Origin: an uncultured virus (IMG/VR IMGVR_UViG_2061766007_000547)
Lineage: Duplodnaviria > Heunggongvirae > Uroviricota > Caudoviricetes
DNA length: 64,000 nt
Reading direction: 5' to 3' (one strand)
Virus record (IMG/VR): IMGVR_UViG_2061766007_000547
The number at the start of each line of letters is the position of its first letter. The stretch's first letter is position 1. The position numbers and the translations under genes were made by a program. Below, in pieces: positions 39,131 to 51,825 of this stretch. Under the pieces are notes generated by a model. That model searched no databases. It was not told the origin of the DNA and saw nothing but the letters and a program-made list of their open reading frames with translations.

Positions 39131-39529
39131 TTATATCCTTTCATAATAGCCATACAGCTTGCACTGTCCGCTATCCCAAGTATCAAAATACCGACCATCA
39201 ACTACAGCAACTGCATGATGAGCTATTCTGCAAATATAAGTGCCTGTCGAATGTTCTTTGGCAAAGCTAAGCACTGTTGGTCTTTTCTTTCCCTTTTGTA
39301 CGGGGATACCATGATAATCAAAACCTAATTGTTTCATAGCTTCCTTTGTTTTTTCAAAGTTGCCGTCAAAGATTGTATAAGTCTGAAGTTCCCTACAGAT
39401 AGGGATTGTCAGGTCAAAAGCTTCAAGCCATGATATATTGAGCGCCTTTGACAGCGCTCTTACCTGACAATCTCCAGTCTTGTCTTTTAAGTCCTTATCA
39501 TTCGGTTGATAATAAACATATCTCTTCAT
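39131..39529 (-). CDS. Putative papain-like (Cys-His-Asp) phage protein
   Basis: GDCQVRAL, HHAVAVVDG, FDTWDSG. Confidence 0.55.
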   Translation of the reverse strand: MKRYVYYQPNDKDLKDKTGDCQVRALSKALNISWLEAFDLTIPICRELQTYTIFDGNFEKTKEAMKQLGFDYHGIPVQKGKKRPTVLSFAKEHSTGTYICRIAHHAVAVVDGRYFDTWDSGQCKLYGYYERI

Positions 39530-40374
39530 ATCTTTTCACCTCTCTGCATTGCATTCCACATTTTTTGAACTGATGCTGCACTTGTACCAATTACCTTAGC
39601 GATTGCGTACATATCATATCCATTAGCATAGTGAGTTGAAATATAGTGCTTCTTACACTCACTGTTAAAATGCTTTTGAAGTTCTGACATATATAACGCT
39701 TTAGGGTTATCTTTATATTTGTCTTTGGTAGCTTCTAATATGCTTTCACATGTTGCCTGATCAAGATAATCGGGAAATTCAATCTGTGTACGTCTGGTAT
39801 AACTACCTCTTGGCTTGCGAGGCTTGAGAGCTTTATTCAATATCCTTGCTGCCTTGCCTTTGCTGGCTTTAGGATTAGTAGCGGCGTCGATATATTTCCT
39901 TACATAATATTCAGTTATGCCTGTTTCTTTGCTTATTCGTTTAATACTGCAGCCAGCATTAAACAGATTGATTACCTTTTCATAGTCGCTCAGCGGAGCC
40001 TTTTTAACTGACTCTGATACGAACAATACTGGCTGTTCTTCTACCTTTTTAGGAAGCCACCTTGTAAATTCCTTGTACCAGTTCGGCTTATGTTCATCAT
40101 GTTCATAATAAGCTCTTACATGCATCATAGCGACAGTCTTTTCATCTCCGATAGGCTGCTTGTTTAACTTACCTTTGATCTTATCGTCGGTAGTTGTTAT
40201 CATGAATATCTGCTTCCAATGTGCGCTATTAACATACTTCTTTGTGATCGCCATAGCTAAGCCTGTCTCAGCATCAAATGCATCGTCCTTGTTTACCTTT
40301 ACTACTGTCTTTGTGTTGTCGTCCCAGATTACGATAGTTGCTGGATTGTGAAAAATAACGTTCTTAATTTTCAT
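39526..40374 (-). CDS. Phage protein with C-terminal HTH-like segments
   Basis: VIF.NPATIV.W.D.TKTVVK family N-terminus; SIKRISKETGI. Confidence 0.65.
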   Translation of the reverse strand: MKIKNVIFHNPATIVIWDDNTKTVVKVNKDDAFDAETGLAMAITKKYVNSAHWKQIFMITTTDDKIKGKLNKQPIGDEKTVAMMHVRAYYEHDEHKPNWYKEFTRWLPKKVEEQPVLFVSESVKKAPLSDYEKVINLFNAGCSIKRISKETGITEYYVRKYIDAATNPKASKGKAARILNKALKPRKPRGSYTRRTQIEFPDYLDQATCESILEATKDKYKDNPKALYMSELQKHFNSECKKHYISTHYANGYDMYAIAKVIGTSAASVQKMWNAMQRGEKI

Positions 40375-40389
40375 GTTGTTTTCTCCTTT

Positions 40390-40578
40390 TTAGTTTGTGA
40401 TTAAATTGTTTTCTTTGATCAATCTTTTGCATATCATAAAGTTAAGTTTGTGCTTTGGGATAGCAATATTAGGAAGATTGTCTTTCTGCCATATACTATG
40501 TATCCCGTTTTGCCTTGCTAACATATAGCCATTATTTATAAGTATCCGCTCAAACTCCTTTCTACTATAATTTTTCAT
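40390..40578 (-). CDS. HicA-family mRNA interferase-like protein
   Basis: FERIL..NGY...RQNGIHSIW...IAIPKH. Confidence 0.7.
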   Translation of the reverse strand: MKNYSRKEFERILINNGYMLARQNGIHSIWQKDNLPNIAIPKHKLNFMICKRLIKENNLITN

Positions 40579-41816
40579 TGTTTTCACCTCCTTAATCTGC
40601 ATTTAATATTTCAAATAATGTATAATCATTAGGATCAAGTATTCCATAACCAGTAAGATCTGTTGAGTTCCCGATACGTGACATCAACATTTCCTTTTGG
40701 TAATCGTTATCGCCTTCCTGCAGTTCCATACTTTCCACTCCACCGCCTCCATAACAAGCAAATACTAATGTAAAAGTATCTGCATTATATAATGTGCTGA
40801 CATCTTTACAGCCAAACCATGCGCTAGCATGTCCGTTAAGCCAGCAATCTTCGTCCAGATCATCTGGTACATCAGCGGCATAATCAAAATCAGGAAACCT
40901 TTTATTTTCCCAATCAATTCGTGTCCATAACTCGTTAACGCATTCCTTTAATGTTCCATATATATACCTGTTATTTTTAATCATAATTATTATCCTCCTT
41001 TTCGCTTAATTCCCAAAAGCCACTTGCTAATGTGCCAGAATTGCCGTCATCTCCGTCGCGGTTAAAAAATGCACAACTTAAGAACGGCGCTCCATCATTC
41101 ATTGGTTCCGTTGAAAAGATTGTGTCATGATTTTCCATAGCAAACTGAACAATCTCATTAAGTTGTTTTTCTGTTATCAAGTATTGTTCCATATTATTAT
41201 CTCCCTTCATGGCTTGCTTCTGTTCTGAATTTCATATAAATAAATTACAATTCCATCACTCCATATATGATGTTCATTACATTTACTATGACACCAAAAA
41301 CATAGCTGATCGGTTTCAAAACGTTCCTCGTAATATTGCCTATCTTCGTCTGATAACGCTTGTGTCATATTAGTTTCTCTTTCTATCCCTGCTGACCATC
41401 CGTCAAATATAGGATTAATTTGTTTTGCCATATAATCAAATGCTTCTTTAAATGTATCGAAGAGATATGCGCCTTCATCATCTCCCCAACTATTTGTTTC
41501 TATTGTGACAAACATATCATCATCTCCCTTCAAGGCTCACTGTCATCAGCGTTTAACCAATCAAGATATAATAGCGTTGCATCATACTCATCTTCAGTTA
41601 AGTAGCTGTAGCTTGCTAAGAAATCATCTTCAGCAAGTATTTTAAAATCTGCCATCTTTTCATGATCGGTTATAAACATTTTTTCTGTTATTATCTTGTC
41701 GTCAATAGCAATTGTTGACTCACACTCAAGACAATCAACATAAAAACCAGCGTCGTCATGTCTTAACTTCCAGATGTGACTTTCCTTATTGCAATTAGGA
41801 CATTTTATTTTCATGC

Positions 41817-42293
41817 TTACACCTCCTTTCTTTGTGGTTCGTAGCCGTTTGCCTTGCATATCTCTGCAACTTCAGTATCAGATAATATTCGGATTACTTT
41901 TATATTATCTGAAATAACCCATGGTTCCTTTTGTTTTGTGTTAGTCTTAAAGCGATACCAGCCTCTAGGTAAATGACGCAATCCGTTGCGTTCTGTAACG
42001 ATTTGTTCTTTTCCTGCTACTTCACACTCACACCATACTGTATCAGCTCTTTGCATAAGCGTTCCGTCGTCTGCTTTCTTGCCAATCCAATCGGTATAAG
42101 GAACATAAGTGCTGTGATACCCTGGTCTTAATGATAACGAACCGCCACAACCTTTTGCCTTGACGTGAGTATCATCTTTAAGCTCTCCAACCTCAGCCTT
42201 AATTTTTACCCCGATTGGCATTTCCTTATCGGCTAATACATACAGCGGATATAATTTTCCGTTCTTAATCCTGAATAACTTGTACGTTGTCAT
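41817..42293 (-). CDS. Conserved phage protein (YKLFR..NGKLYPLYV family)
   Basis: Recognisable motif; RBS AAGGAGG. Confidence 0.7.
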   Translation of the reverse strand: MTTYKLFRIKNGKLYPLYVLADKEMPIGVKIKAEVGELKDDTHVKAKGCGGSLSLRPGYHSTYVPYTDWIGKKADDGTLMQRADTVWCECEVAGKEQIVTERNGLRHLPRGWYRFKTNTKQKEPWVISDNIKVIRILSDTEVAEICKANGYEPQRKEV

Positions 42294-42322
42294 GCATTTA
42301 TCCTCCTTAATTTTCATCTTGT

Positions 42323-43024
42323 TTAGTGAACTTTTAAAATCAAATGTGTATCTTTCTTTAATGTCCAACAACCAGTTCCATTAGCAGCACATTCACTACA
42401 GTTGCCGCCACAAAATGTCGTTGCACATCCTTGAGGAGCCGTTGTCTTTCCGTCCTCATAAAGTACATGACTACAGGGCAAATGATGCGGATTATCCATT
42501 GGCATATCAAACCATGCCGACATGACTGTATGAACGTTACTAGGAAATGTTTCAGTATCAAGGAAAGCGTTAAGTTCTTTATAATTCTTTGTAAAGAACA
42601 TGATCATCGTATCAGGATTGTTTTCGCCCAGCTTCTTTATATAAGTAAAATCTCTATAAGCAAAATCACCGCCGACATTAAGTCTTAATTCTTTTACCTT
42701 GTTAACTTTAATTTGCGCGTCAATCTCGCCCCAGAACCTTGCAAGATCAGCTTCATGAATAGCTGAGTTTCTTGCTCTGCTGTTAATAACATTAGGATAT
42801 CGCATGTCACTTCTTAAATCGTAACAGTGCCACATGCATTCCTTACAGTTAGCACAATCAACAACGGGAAGTAATGATACCGTCCAGCAATGTATGCCAG
42901 TCTTTCGATTTCCCTTTTGTAATTTTACATGCTGATTTGCAACGTCGCTAAGCATTTTCCGCTTTGCATCGCCTAACATTTGTGCTCTTGCTAAAACTTT
43001 TTCTTTGCTCATAAAACTTGTCAT
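42323..43024 (-). CDS. Gp88-like Cys-rich protein
   Basis: GNRKTG, SL.PVVDC.NC..C...CY, R.NVGGD, C.GNC.EC. Confidence 0.7.
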   Translation of the reverse strand: MTSFMSKEKVLARAQMLGDAKRKMLSDVANQHVKLQKGNRKTGIHCWTVSLLPVVDCANCKECMWHCYDLRSDMRYPNVINSRARNSAIHEADLARFWGEIDAQIKVNKVKELRLNVGGDFAYRDFTYIKKLGENNPDTMIMFFTKNYKELNAFLDTETFPSNVHTVMSAWFDMPMDNPHHLPCSHVLYEDGKTTAPQGCATTFCGGNCSECAANGTGCWTLKKDTHLILKVH

Positions 43025-43152
43025 ATTTTTTTCTCCTTTTCTTTTTTATATTTGAAATATAAGGAGAAGTGTGATATATTAATATTGCACTCCTCCTTGC
43101 CAAAGTGGGTTGTGTAAGTCTTGTTAGTTGGGTGTTGTCAGCACCCAACTTT

Positions 43153-43584
43153 TTAATAATCGTCTAGTGCCTGATATGCTAACAGTTCGCTTGGTGTTCC
43201 GACAAATATCGGTTTATCATTCCAGTCCCAGTTAGTAACAGTTATCTGCACCTGTTCATCTATTGTGCCATTTTTTGTATTATCAATGACAACCTTATAA
43301 TTATAATCCTGTGCTTCACTATTAGACGGGAAGATATAGAACCCTCCAATGCCGCTTTTAAAATCCCTTATGAATTGAGCAACCAGACAGCCAGCTCCAT
43401 TACAATAGCCGTCTTTATCGGATTGACCACTAAAACCATTAAGAATTATTCTTTTCTTAAGCCAGCCTGCCAATTCATGTCCAACACCATCAATGTAACC
43501 ATCATACTGCTGATAGATAGTTACCAACTCGATCTCATCATTGCCATACTTCTCATAAAACTTAATTAAACTTCTTGTTCCCAT
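43153..43584 (-). CDS. Conserved phage protein (MGTR...Y.QYDGY family)
   Basis: Recognisable motif. Confidence 0.7.
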   Translation of the reverse strand: MGTRSLIKFYEKYGNDEIELVTIYQQYDGYIDGVGHELAGWLKKRIILNGFSGQSDKDGYCNGAGCLVAQFIRDFKSGIGGFYIFPSNSEAQDYNYKVVIDNTKNGTIDEQVQITVTNWDWNDKPIFVGTPSELLAYQALDDY

Positions 43585-43588
43585 AATC

Positions 43589-46500
43589 TTAATCCTCCTT
43601 TTCATAATGCATTTCGTTTTCAATCCACTCGTTACCTATCTTTTGAGCGCCTACATGTGTTCTGCAATATTTCTCAGCATCCGCTTCATTATCAAATGTT
43701 TCCATTAAAACTTTTTCTCCATGATATCCACGTGTTCTACCTTCTGGCGTCTCAAAGAAAACTGTCTTGTAATAATAGCATTGATATTTTGTCATATTCT
43801 CACCTCATTCGTCTGTAAATTTTGTATTGCTTTTCTTAACATGATTCCGTCTTGTTCAGGCAAGATATTAAACATTGAATCAACTCTTACGCTTTCAATT
43901 TTTAAAGCTCTTGTGATCAGCTGTTGAACAGGTGCTGGAAATCTCTGTTCGTCAAGCATTGCCGACTCAGACATGGTACTCAATATTGTATCTAATATCT
44001 CAACTGCCTTTAAGAGACAAGCCGTCTCATCCTCATTATCTATGTAAAAATATTCACCAACTCTTCTTTTCATACTGTTGCTCCTTTCTGTTCACTGAAG
44101 AACCTTTGTGCTGCAACGCCAAACAGTTCACAGATCCCATAGTCTAGATCGGCAATCTCTTCACAGCATTCCAAAACTACAATATTGTCGTCCAAATATT
44201 TACTTCCGATCCGTTCACTTGCGTCATCTTTATTGTCAGCTCTTACTATACCGACATTTCCCTTAGAAGTTTCATAATAAAACACATTCTTAAATACGCT
44301 CATCTTTAAATACCTCCCTTAAATATTCGATCAGGCTATCCTCACCTTGCCTGTAGTAATATTCCTCCCAGTTGGAATAATCCATACAGTTAACATCAGC
44401 GTCAACCTCCATGATCTTAGCGATCATTACTTGCGCTTCCTTTGTAAGCTCAGGCTGGATTAATTCCAGCGCCATACTTAATCTGTCCATATTGCCTCCA
44501 ATCTCCCTAACGGGTAACCATCTTGCTTTGCGAATAATTCGCAGAAGCCGTCGCTTGACCAATCAACTTCAATCAAATCTACGTCGTCTGTTGTAAGGAA
44601 GCCGATCTGCTTTAAAAAAGTCAACAACTCTTGATCTGTTGTATCATCTAAGATAAACAGATCATCTGCCCGTGTACACAAGTTGTTTACTTCCCAGCCG
44701 TCCTCTTCATTGCCCCATACATCAAAGTAATCGATCAGTTTGTACTTCATATAACCACCTCCCTTACAATCTATTTTGATATGATGTATCGTCATTAACT
44801 ATTTTCATAATTCTACAATTCTCTTCATCAATATCCTCACTTGTTAAAGCGCCGTCCCAGTCAACTATATCAACAGTAATGTTTTTATCCTGTGACCATA
44901 CTGCCGTTATCATTCCATCTTCAATCTCAATAATGATCCGCTTCATACCATCACCTCCCCTTCCTGATATCTTCAATTGCTTCCGTAACAACTCTGATCA
45001 AATCGCCAGCCCAGCTGCAATCAAAACGAGTTCCGTCATTAGCGTCAAAATAAATAGTTCCGTCATCTTCCATTCCCAATATGAACAAAGGATTGTTGTT
45101 TATTCTCTCTTCTACCTTAACAGCAAATACTCCCTTGTCATAATATATTCCCTGCTGCTTTAATGATGCGATATCTTCCATAGTAAATCTCTGGTTCTCT
45201 GCAGTTATCCATGTTTTCTTGCCGTCTGTTAATGTCTTATACATATCAATTCCTCCCTTAATATATTGATTTTAAAGTTCTGCTCTTATAAACTTCGTTT
45301 GCTCTCTGTTGCGTTGCCTCAAGCTCATCAGGATCGCTTGTGTCAAAATCAATTATTTCAACGTCCATATTCTGCGTTGCAAATACTGCCTGTACCATGC
45401 CATCTTCAATCTCAATCACAATCTTATTTTTCATCTTGTTTACCTCCCTTTAATCTTCAATAGTATATCTCTCATCAATAGGAACCCAACCGCCAGCGCC
45501 ACCTAATACCCAAAGCAGCATGTCAATCTGGCAATTTGCCTGTTCTTTAGCTACGTCATCTTTTCCGTTAACCTTCTTAGCAAACTCAGCAAGCTGTCCA
45601 AGCTTTTCATTGATCTCTTGTAAATCTCTCATAATGATTTCCTCCTTATCTCCACTTATCTTTGGTTTCGCCTCTGCATGTCCAGCGTGTCATTGATATA
45701 TGATATTCGTCACCAAACAACTGTCTGAAAAATTCTAATTTCGCTTCTGCTTCCTGTTCAAAATCGTTTGACAGTTCAATTGTGCAAAAATAAACACCAT
45801 ACTCGTCATCTGGGCTTTTCTTCTTTGCTACATTGATTTCATAATTGTCTGTTATACTCATAACTTATTCTCCTTTCATGCATATAAATTTAAATAAACC
45901 CTTTTGCGTTCTTTTCTTTCCCCATAATGAACGGGGATAGGAACGATTGCATAATAACCACAAGGCGTATTGCCCATATGATCGTCCCATGTCCGTTCAT
46001 GTCTGTAATACATTTTAAGATTGACAATCTTATAATTGTCGATACATAATGTAACCTTTTCCTTATCCCAGCCATACTCTTCAATCGTATGCTGTTTTCC
46101 ATATTTGTCTGTTACATAGTGCTTCATGCTTTCACCTCCTTTCTATAATGTTTTAAACGCTTCGTAATTCCATATGCGTTCAAGTTCTTTGTGTAAACTA
46201 CCATCAGTTACATATGTATCCTCAGTATCATCTACTGCTTTTCCATTCTGCGTCGTAACGATTATAACCATGTCGCTATACTCTGCGTCCACCGCTGCGT
46301 TATAATCCCCGTCTTTGTAAAGATGAAGCGTTAAGTCTTGATTGCTACCAAAATTATGTACTACCAGTTCATCGTTTGCCATCATAGTATGACAAACATT
46401 TACAATACTGTTGAACCAATAATCTTTGTTATAATATCCTGCGTTTAAATCTGTTGGTGAATAAGAATCATATTTCATAACACTATCTCCTTTCAAACTC

Positions 46501-49500
46501 AACTTTTATCAATAATCTGTTTTTGTTTCAAAATCTTGTCCAAGCAATTCTTTCGCTTTCTTTTTAGCCCATGCATCACAACTCATACTTGCAATTTCTT
46601 TTCTTGTAACAACTGCTACCCAACCAGTTACATATCGAAGGTTTTCATAACCACTGCTCTCTAAAATAAACGCCTCATCATCAGGAAGTATCTCTTGTAA
46701 CCTACTCAACCATTCGTCAAAATCATATTCATCACTTTCTTCGTCATAATATTCCACATCTCCATAGCACCCAAAACCATGATGAATAGTTCCGTCTGTT
46801 TTAGTTTCTGTAAAATCTTCTATTGTATCTTCACTCGTAAGCATCTCAAATAATTCTTTATATTTCTCTTCATCGGTTACTCTAAAATAATTTGTTCTTG
46901 ATACTGCCATATAATTTGCCATATTTCATTCCTCCCTTAAAAGTTATTTTATTTATTAAGCACCACTGTTAACGTAGCTAATCCATTTTTTCCTTCTGAC
47001 TTCCAGTTCACCACTTCTTTATTATTCATATTTCTTCGTTCGCTTTCGCTCTTGATTTCTATTTTATTTCCATCTGCATCAAGCAGGATTATAATGTCTG
47101 CATAATCCCATATCTTCATCTTCCGTAAATCTTTAAGTTTTGTCATTTTACCTCCAATTAAAACCTTTCCTTAATCAGCAATTGCTAATACTTCCTGTCC
47201 TGCAATATAATCAGCATACATCTGTGCGATTATCGCCTTATCTTCTATTGACAACTCAGCTTTATTCATTTCTGCGGCTCCGTTTTTATAACCATGCTCT
47301 ACCCAAAAACGCCATACAGGATCGGCTTTTATCGGAGCGTCAAAACCTAACAAATCATAACTGCCATCGTCATTTCTGTTGATATAACCAAGTGTGTAAG
47401 AATCCTCAATATAATGCTCAACCTTAACATCATATGCAATACCAAATTGTGTTGTAATATTCATAGTTTACTCTCCTTTTTAATTTTAGATTTTAAATAA
47501 TTGTATCTTCGCTTTGCCTTTAGTAACGTAGGATAAGTCCGCTCGTTAATTACATAGTAGCGACTACCATCAAATGTTTTAGATGAACCTACTTTGTACG
47601 CCATGCTATACTTATCTTGATCAATATACACATAGCACTCATTAATTTTTTCTTCTTGAATTACCTCAGTCATATATATCATCACCTCCTTAGTCTGTTG
47701 TTGTGAAGAAGTAATCAAGCTCCTCACCCTTTAAGTTACTTAATGCATAATCTCTTGCCTCATAATAATAGTCGGCATATAGTTCGCTGTACTGTGTGTT
47801 TCCCTTGCCATGCCAATCCCAACATTTCCAGTTGAGTACCAGCACCAGTTCCGTTAGATAAATATAGTCGGACTTCCATTCATTAAATGCCCGCTTATAA
47901 GTATCCTTGATAGCATTAATACCAAAACGATCTGCGATTGAAAAATCCTGCCAAAATGTTGTTTTAAATTCGTATCCCATAATTAATAATCTCCTTCATA
48001 CCAGCCGTCCCAGAAAGGAACATAATAACCGCCAAACATGCAATCAACTACCCATTCTCCATCGTTCTTGTATACCTGAGGCGAATCTTCAAGCATAAAA
48101 TCACTGAAGTCATCCCATAATAATTCGCTTACTTCCCTTGCCTCTGCTTCAGTATCAAACTCCCAGATAACATTTCCGCTTGTGGTGGCGCTAACTACAT
48201 AATGCAATATATTTACAACTGCCATCTTTGCATCTGTATCTGCTTTCTGTTTATACTCTTCAATAACTGAGTTCATATAATCAGCCTGAAAGTTTGATAT
48301 CTCTTCGTATCTCCGTTCCCACTCATCACCAGTTGCATATTTAAGCCAATCGCTTTTCTCATCCATAGCCTGCCTATATTCATCATGTGTCATATTATCA
48401 CCTCTCAATCTGAACTAATCGGCGGTTCGCTTGCTGCGTAACCTTCATCTGTCCAAGTTGCCTTCCACGCTGCACCAAGCACTGTATAGTTAAACATTTC
48501 AAGTGTTTCTGCAACTGTTTCTGCAATACCAGTTCCATCGTATTCCTCATCTGTTACTGCGATATCAACACTAATCTGTACTACCATATCATCACCTCCT
48601 TTTTACATAATTGCTTGATAGCATTGAATTTCAAAATCATCTGCGCTGCGCTCATACTCTATGGCAAGAGCATTTTCAATAAAATGATTTGCATCATTGA
48701 TTGCATCTTCCTTTGTATCAAACTCATAGTCGCCTTGATCCCCAACAAATTGCCCATCAAGTATGATGTCGTACAACCATTTGTCTTTCATATTATCACC
48801 CCTTTCCGCCAGTAATCTCATTCCAGATGTTCATGCCATCTTCCTTAGTTATCTTGCCCGCAACTTCTAATGCCGTTAGCACTCCATTCCAGAATGCCTT
48901 TGCTACCGCGCTGGGATTTGACACATAAAACTGCGCCAGATCATATCCCTTATATCCTTCACACAAATATTGCCACACATCATTCCATGTTTTCATGATT
49001 AACCTCCCTTCTGTTGCGCATATCAAGTGTTCTGCTTTCATCAGGCTGTCCTGCATAACTGCCAAGTGCCTTTTCACATATGACTTCTTCATTCATATCA
49101 TATGTAACATCAACTACATATGTTCTATCTTCCTGCATGGAGTAGAACACTTCCGTTACTGTCATGTTATCACCTACCTTTCAGAGTGGATATATAATAC
49201 GTCCTGTCTTTTTAATCTTAGGAACAAGCTGAATATAATCATCATCTTTAACCCACTCAACATACTTAGCTGCCTCACGTTCTGCTTCGTTAAGTTCCGC
49301 TTCATTCATAGCGTCTGCTGGCTTATCCAGATTGAATGCTTCAACCTCTTCATTAATCCGTTCAAGTTGTTCTTCAATAGAATAATAAATCATATCATCA
49401 CCTCCTTACCACATTTTCCGTATGAACTGATTTGTGATATCAAGCCAGATACCTATGCCAGAATCCCCTGTGATATTTACATCATAATAGCCGTCCTCAC

Positions 49501-49859
49501 CGCAGCCATCCTCAAAGATCGGTCTGGCTATTTCATCTCCGTTATCCTTTTTCATGTAACGGATTTCCTTTAGTGGATTATTGTCTGGTAATCCAGCCGC
49601 GTCTGTTGTTCTGAGTGCTATACAAATTGCTGTGCATACTGTCTGTTTGTTTTCCATAATTAATCTCCTTTCAGTCAATTTCAACTTCATACTGTTCGTA
49701 GATATATTCTTTAAACATTTCTTTTGCAGCTTTTTCCGAACGTATATCGGAGATTTCGGCATCAATCCTGTCACCGACGCATATTGTTACAGTGTGGTTG
49801 TCCTTGTCGAAAATGTAGTTTGCGAGATTTTTGATCTGTGTCTTTGATATTCTTTGCAT
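43589..49859 (-). other. Array of ~20 small, mostly acidic early genes of unknown function
   Basis: Tightly packed minus-strand ORFs with GGAGG RBSs and overlapping stop/start codons. Confidence 0.8.
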
Positions 49860-49904
49860 GTTTAATTCCTCCTTTTAATCAGGAGGGGCATTACGCCCCT
49901 CATT

Positions 49905-50840
49905 TTATGCGCTAAGTAATATTCCAACTGTCTTATCGAGCAAATCGTTTCCGTCCAGTGCTGACTTGAAATGATTTTCCTCATAGTTTGCGGTACGTCT
50001 TAATGGTATGATATGACTTGTGGTGTCAGCTACAGCCTGCACAAATCTTGCACCAGTCATCTCCCTATCCTTAAGATCAGGTGCATTGTAGAACCTGTAC
50101 AGAATATCATCTGATACTCTCTTCAGATTATCTCGCTGCTTAACCGATAAATCTTCTCCGATAGGAATAATCTTCTGAACAAGACTGTAAACTGTAGTGT
50201 CTGACATCTTTACCTTGTATAAGTCCTCAAACGTCTGCTTCTGAGCTTCGATATAAGCGTTTGCAAACTGTAAGGTTTCCATTGCATCGTCAAGCTTATC
50301 GGCTATGCTTCCCGTATGTCTTGCTGACCATACTCGCTTTGCCTGTTTTAAAGCAAAGTTAAGTGTATTCTGACAGACAACTCTAATGGGACTCATTGTT
50401 ACCCTTACAGCGCCACTGCCGTCATGAGTATTAGTGAATACCAGATAAGGTTCAATCTCATCGTCTAATATCTTGATCGTTTCAGGCATTCTTGCCAACA
50501 GCCAGATTGTCTTTCCGTCTTTCAACGAGCCTGCTGTTTCATATGTAACGCCCTCACCAAGCAGAGCGTCAGTGAAAGCAAACGCTTCGCTATTCTGAAC
50601 GATCTTATATCTATCACCTACGATACCTAACGGCTTTCCGTCACTGCTTCTTACGTTTGCATAACTACCAACGATCTTAGTTCCGTCTGCTAAGAATATG
50701 GGCTGCTGATGCACCTCCCAATCTAATCCTGCATAACGAATTGCATCCGCGCTTGTCGGTGCGCTTTCTACTGAAACGCCCAACTGATGCCAGGGCTTTT
50801 CTCTTCCTACAAAAAACATTGATTCTACGTTTGCTGCCAT
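49905..50840 (-). CDS. DUF932 / LGT_TIGR03299 phage-plasmid protein
   Basis: MAANVESMF..REKPWH.LG, AGLDWEV, ETAGSL, NTHDGS, PIRVVCQNTL. Confidence 0.9.
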   Translation of the reverse strand: MAANVESMFFVGREKPWHQLGVSVESAPTSADAIRYAGLDWEVHQQPIFLADGTKIVGSYANVRSSDGKPLGIVGDRYKIVQNSEAFAFTDALLGEGVTYETAGSLKDGKTIWLLARMPETIKILDDEIEPYLVFTNTHDGSGAVRVTMSPIRVVCQNTLNFALKQAKRVWSARHTGSIADKLDDAMETLQFANAYIEAQKQTFEDLYKVKMSDTTVYSLVQKIIPIGEDLSVKQRDNLKRVSDDILYRFYNAPDLKDREMTGARFVQAVADTTSHIIPLRRTANYEENHFKSALDGNDLLDKTVGILLSA

Positions 50841-50906
50841 AATAATTATCCTCCTTAAATTTGTGTTTGTGTTATAGTGATATCAAAGGGGCAACCGCCC
50901 CTCTGA

Positions 50907-51722
50907 TTAGAACTCGTATGCTCTCCATGAGAGCACATCTGCCTCAGGAACTTCTGAGCTATTAATTTCCTTTACCATCTGTGTAAGCTCCTGCTTAGTA
51001 ATATCAGTTGCCTTAGACATAACAATACATTCATGAATTGAACTGGGGATTACATAATAACCTTCAGGGAACATCGCGCCCAATTCATTTCGCATGGTGA
51101 TCGCTCCGATTGCTGCGTACATCTTTGTGTTGCTTGTGATAACATACTGAGGCAATGCATCGGCGGGAGTTGGCGGTAACATATCGGGATCAATGCCCAT
51201 GCTAGCCATAGATGCCTTGATCACATCCAGCATATTAAGAATACTAATCTGTACGTTAGCCTCGGTTGCTTCCATTGCGTCTGCGAACAGGATACATTCA
51301 GGCACTCCCCACATATCAACTAATGACTGATTTACTTTTGCAGCCATGCCTCTGTCAAGCTGGATATAAGGCACCAGAATAAGATCATCAAAGCCATAGT
51401 CTGCGGCTGACCTGAATACATCTGCCTTTGTTTTTTCGTTATATAACCTTAACCTGAGATTTCCTTTGACAACGTTATAATCTGTCATAGCGTCAATGCT
51501 GATGTTGGGCAGAGGCTGAGCTTTGATCTCCTCTATTTCTTTTACCGCCTGATCTACTGTATATCCCTCATCATACATATCCTCTATGTGAATCGATGGA
51601 GATATGTTGGCTCCTACATTTACCACTATACACTTCCGCTTAACGCCATTTGCCTTTTCCGCATCCTTGACTATTCCGTCGACCTGTTCTGCTACTGCAT
51701 TGATAAAATCTTCTTTAGTCAT
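50907..51722 (-). CDS. DUF5688-like protein
   Basis: K.NGVK, ISPSI, YYVIPSSIHE, MVKEIN..EV...DVLS...Y. Confidence 0.8.
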   Translation of the reverse strand: MTKEDFINAVAEQVDGIVKDAEKANGVKRKCIVVNVGANISPSIHIEDMYDEGYTVDQAVKEIEEIKAQPLPNISIDAMTDYNVVKGNLRLRLYNEKTKADVFRSAADYGFDDLILVPYIQLDRGMAAKVNQSLVDMWGVPECILFADAMEATEANVQISILNMLDVIKASMASMGIDPDMLPPTPADALPQYVITSNTKMYAAIGAITMRNELGAMFPEGYYVIPSSIHECIVMSKATDITKQELTQMVKEINSSEVPEADVLSWRAYEF

Positions 51723-51751
51723 GTTTTTATCCTCCTTAATTTTCCGTTTGT

Positions 51752-51825
51752 TAGAGTGCGTTTATACTCCCTAGCCACTACGCCCATGTGATATTTGCCG
51801 TTCACATGCCTTAAGAGACGGCTTG
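51752..51825 (-). ncRNA. Structured intergenic motif, copy 1
   Basis: Conserved with 52724-52794; covarying stem. Confidence 0.65.

Noticed and set aside
44006..44028. GCCTTTAAGAGACAAGCCGTCTC resembles parts of the two-copy RNA motif in both orientations
   Set aside because: Short matches inside a coding region; cannot be distinguished from chance without statistics
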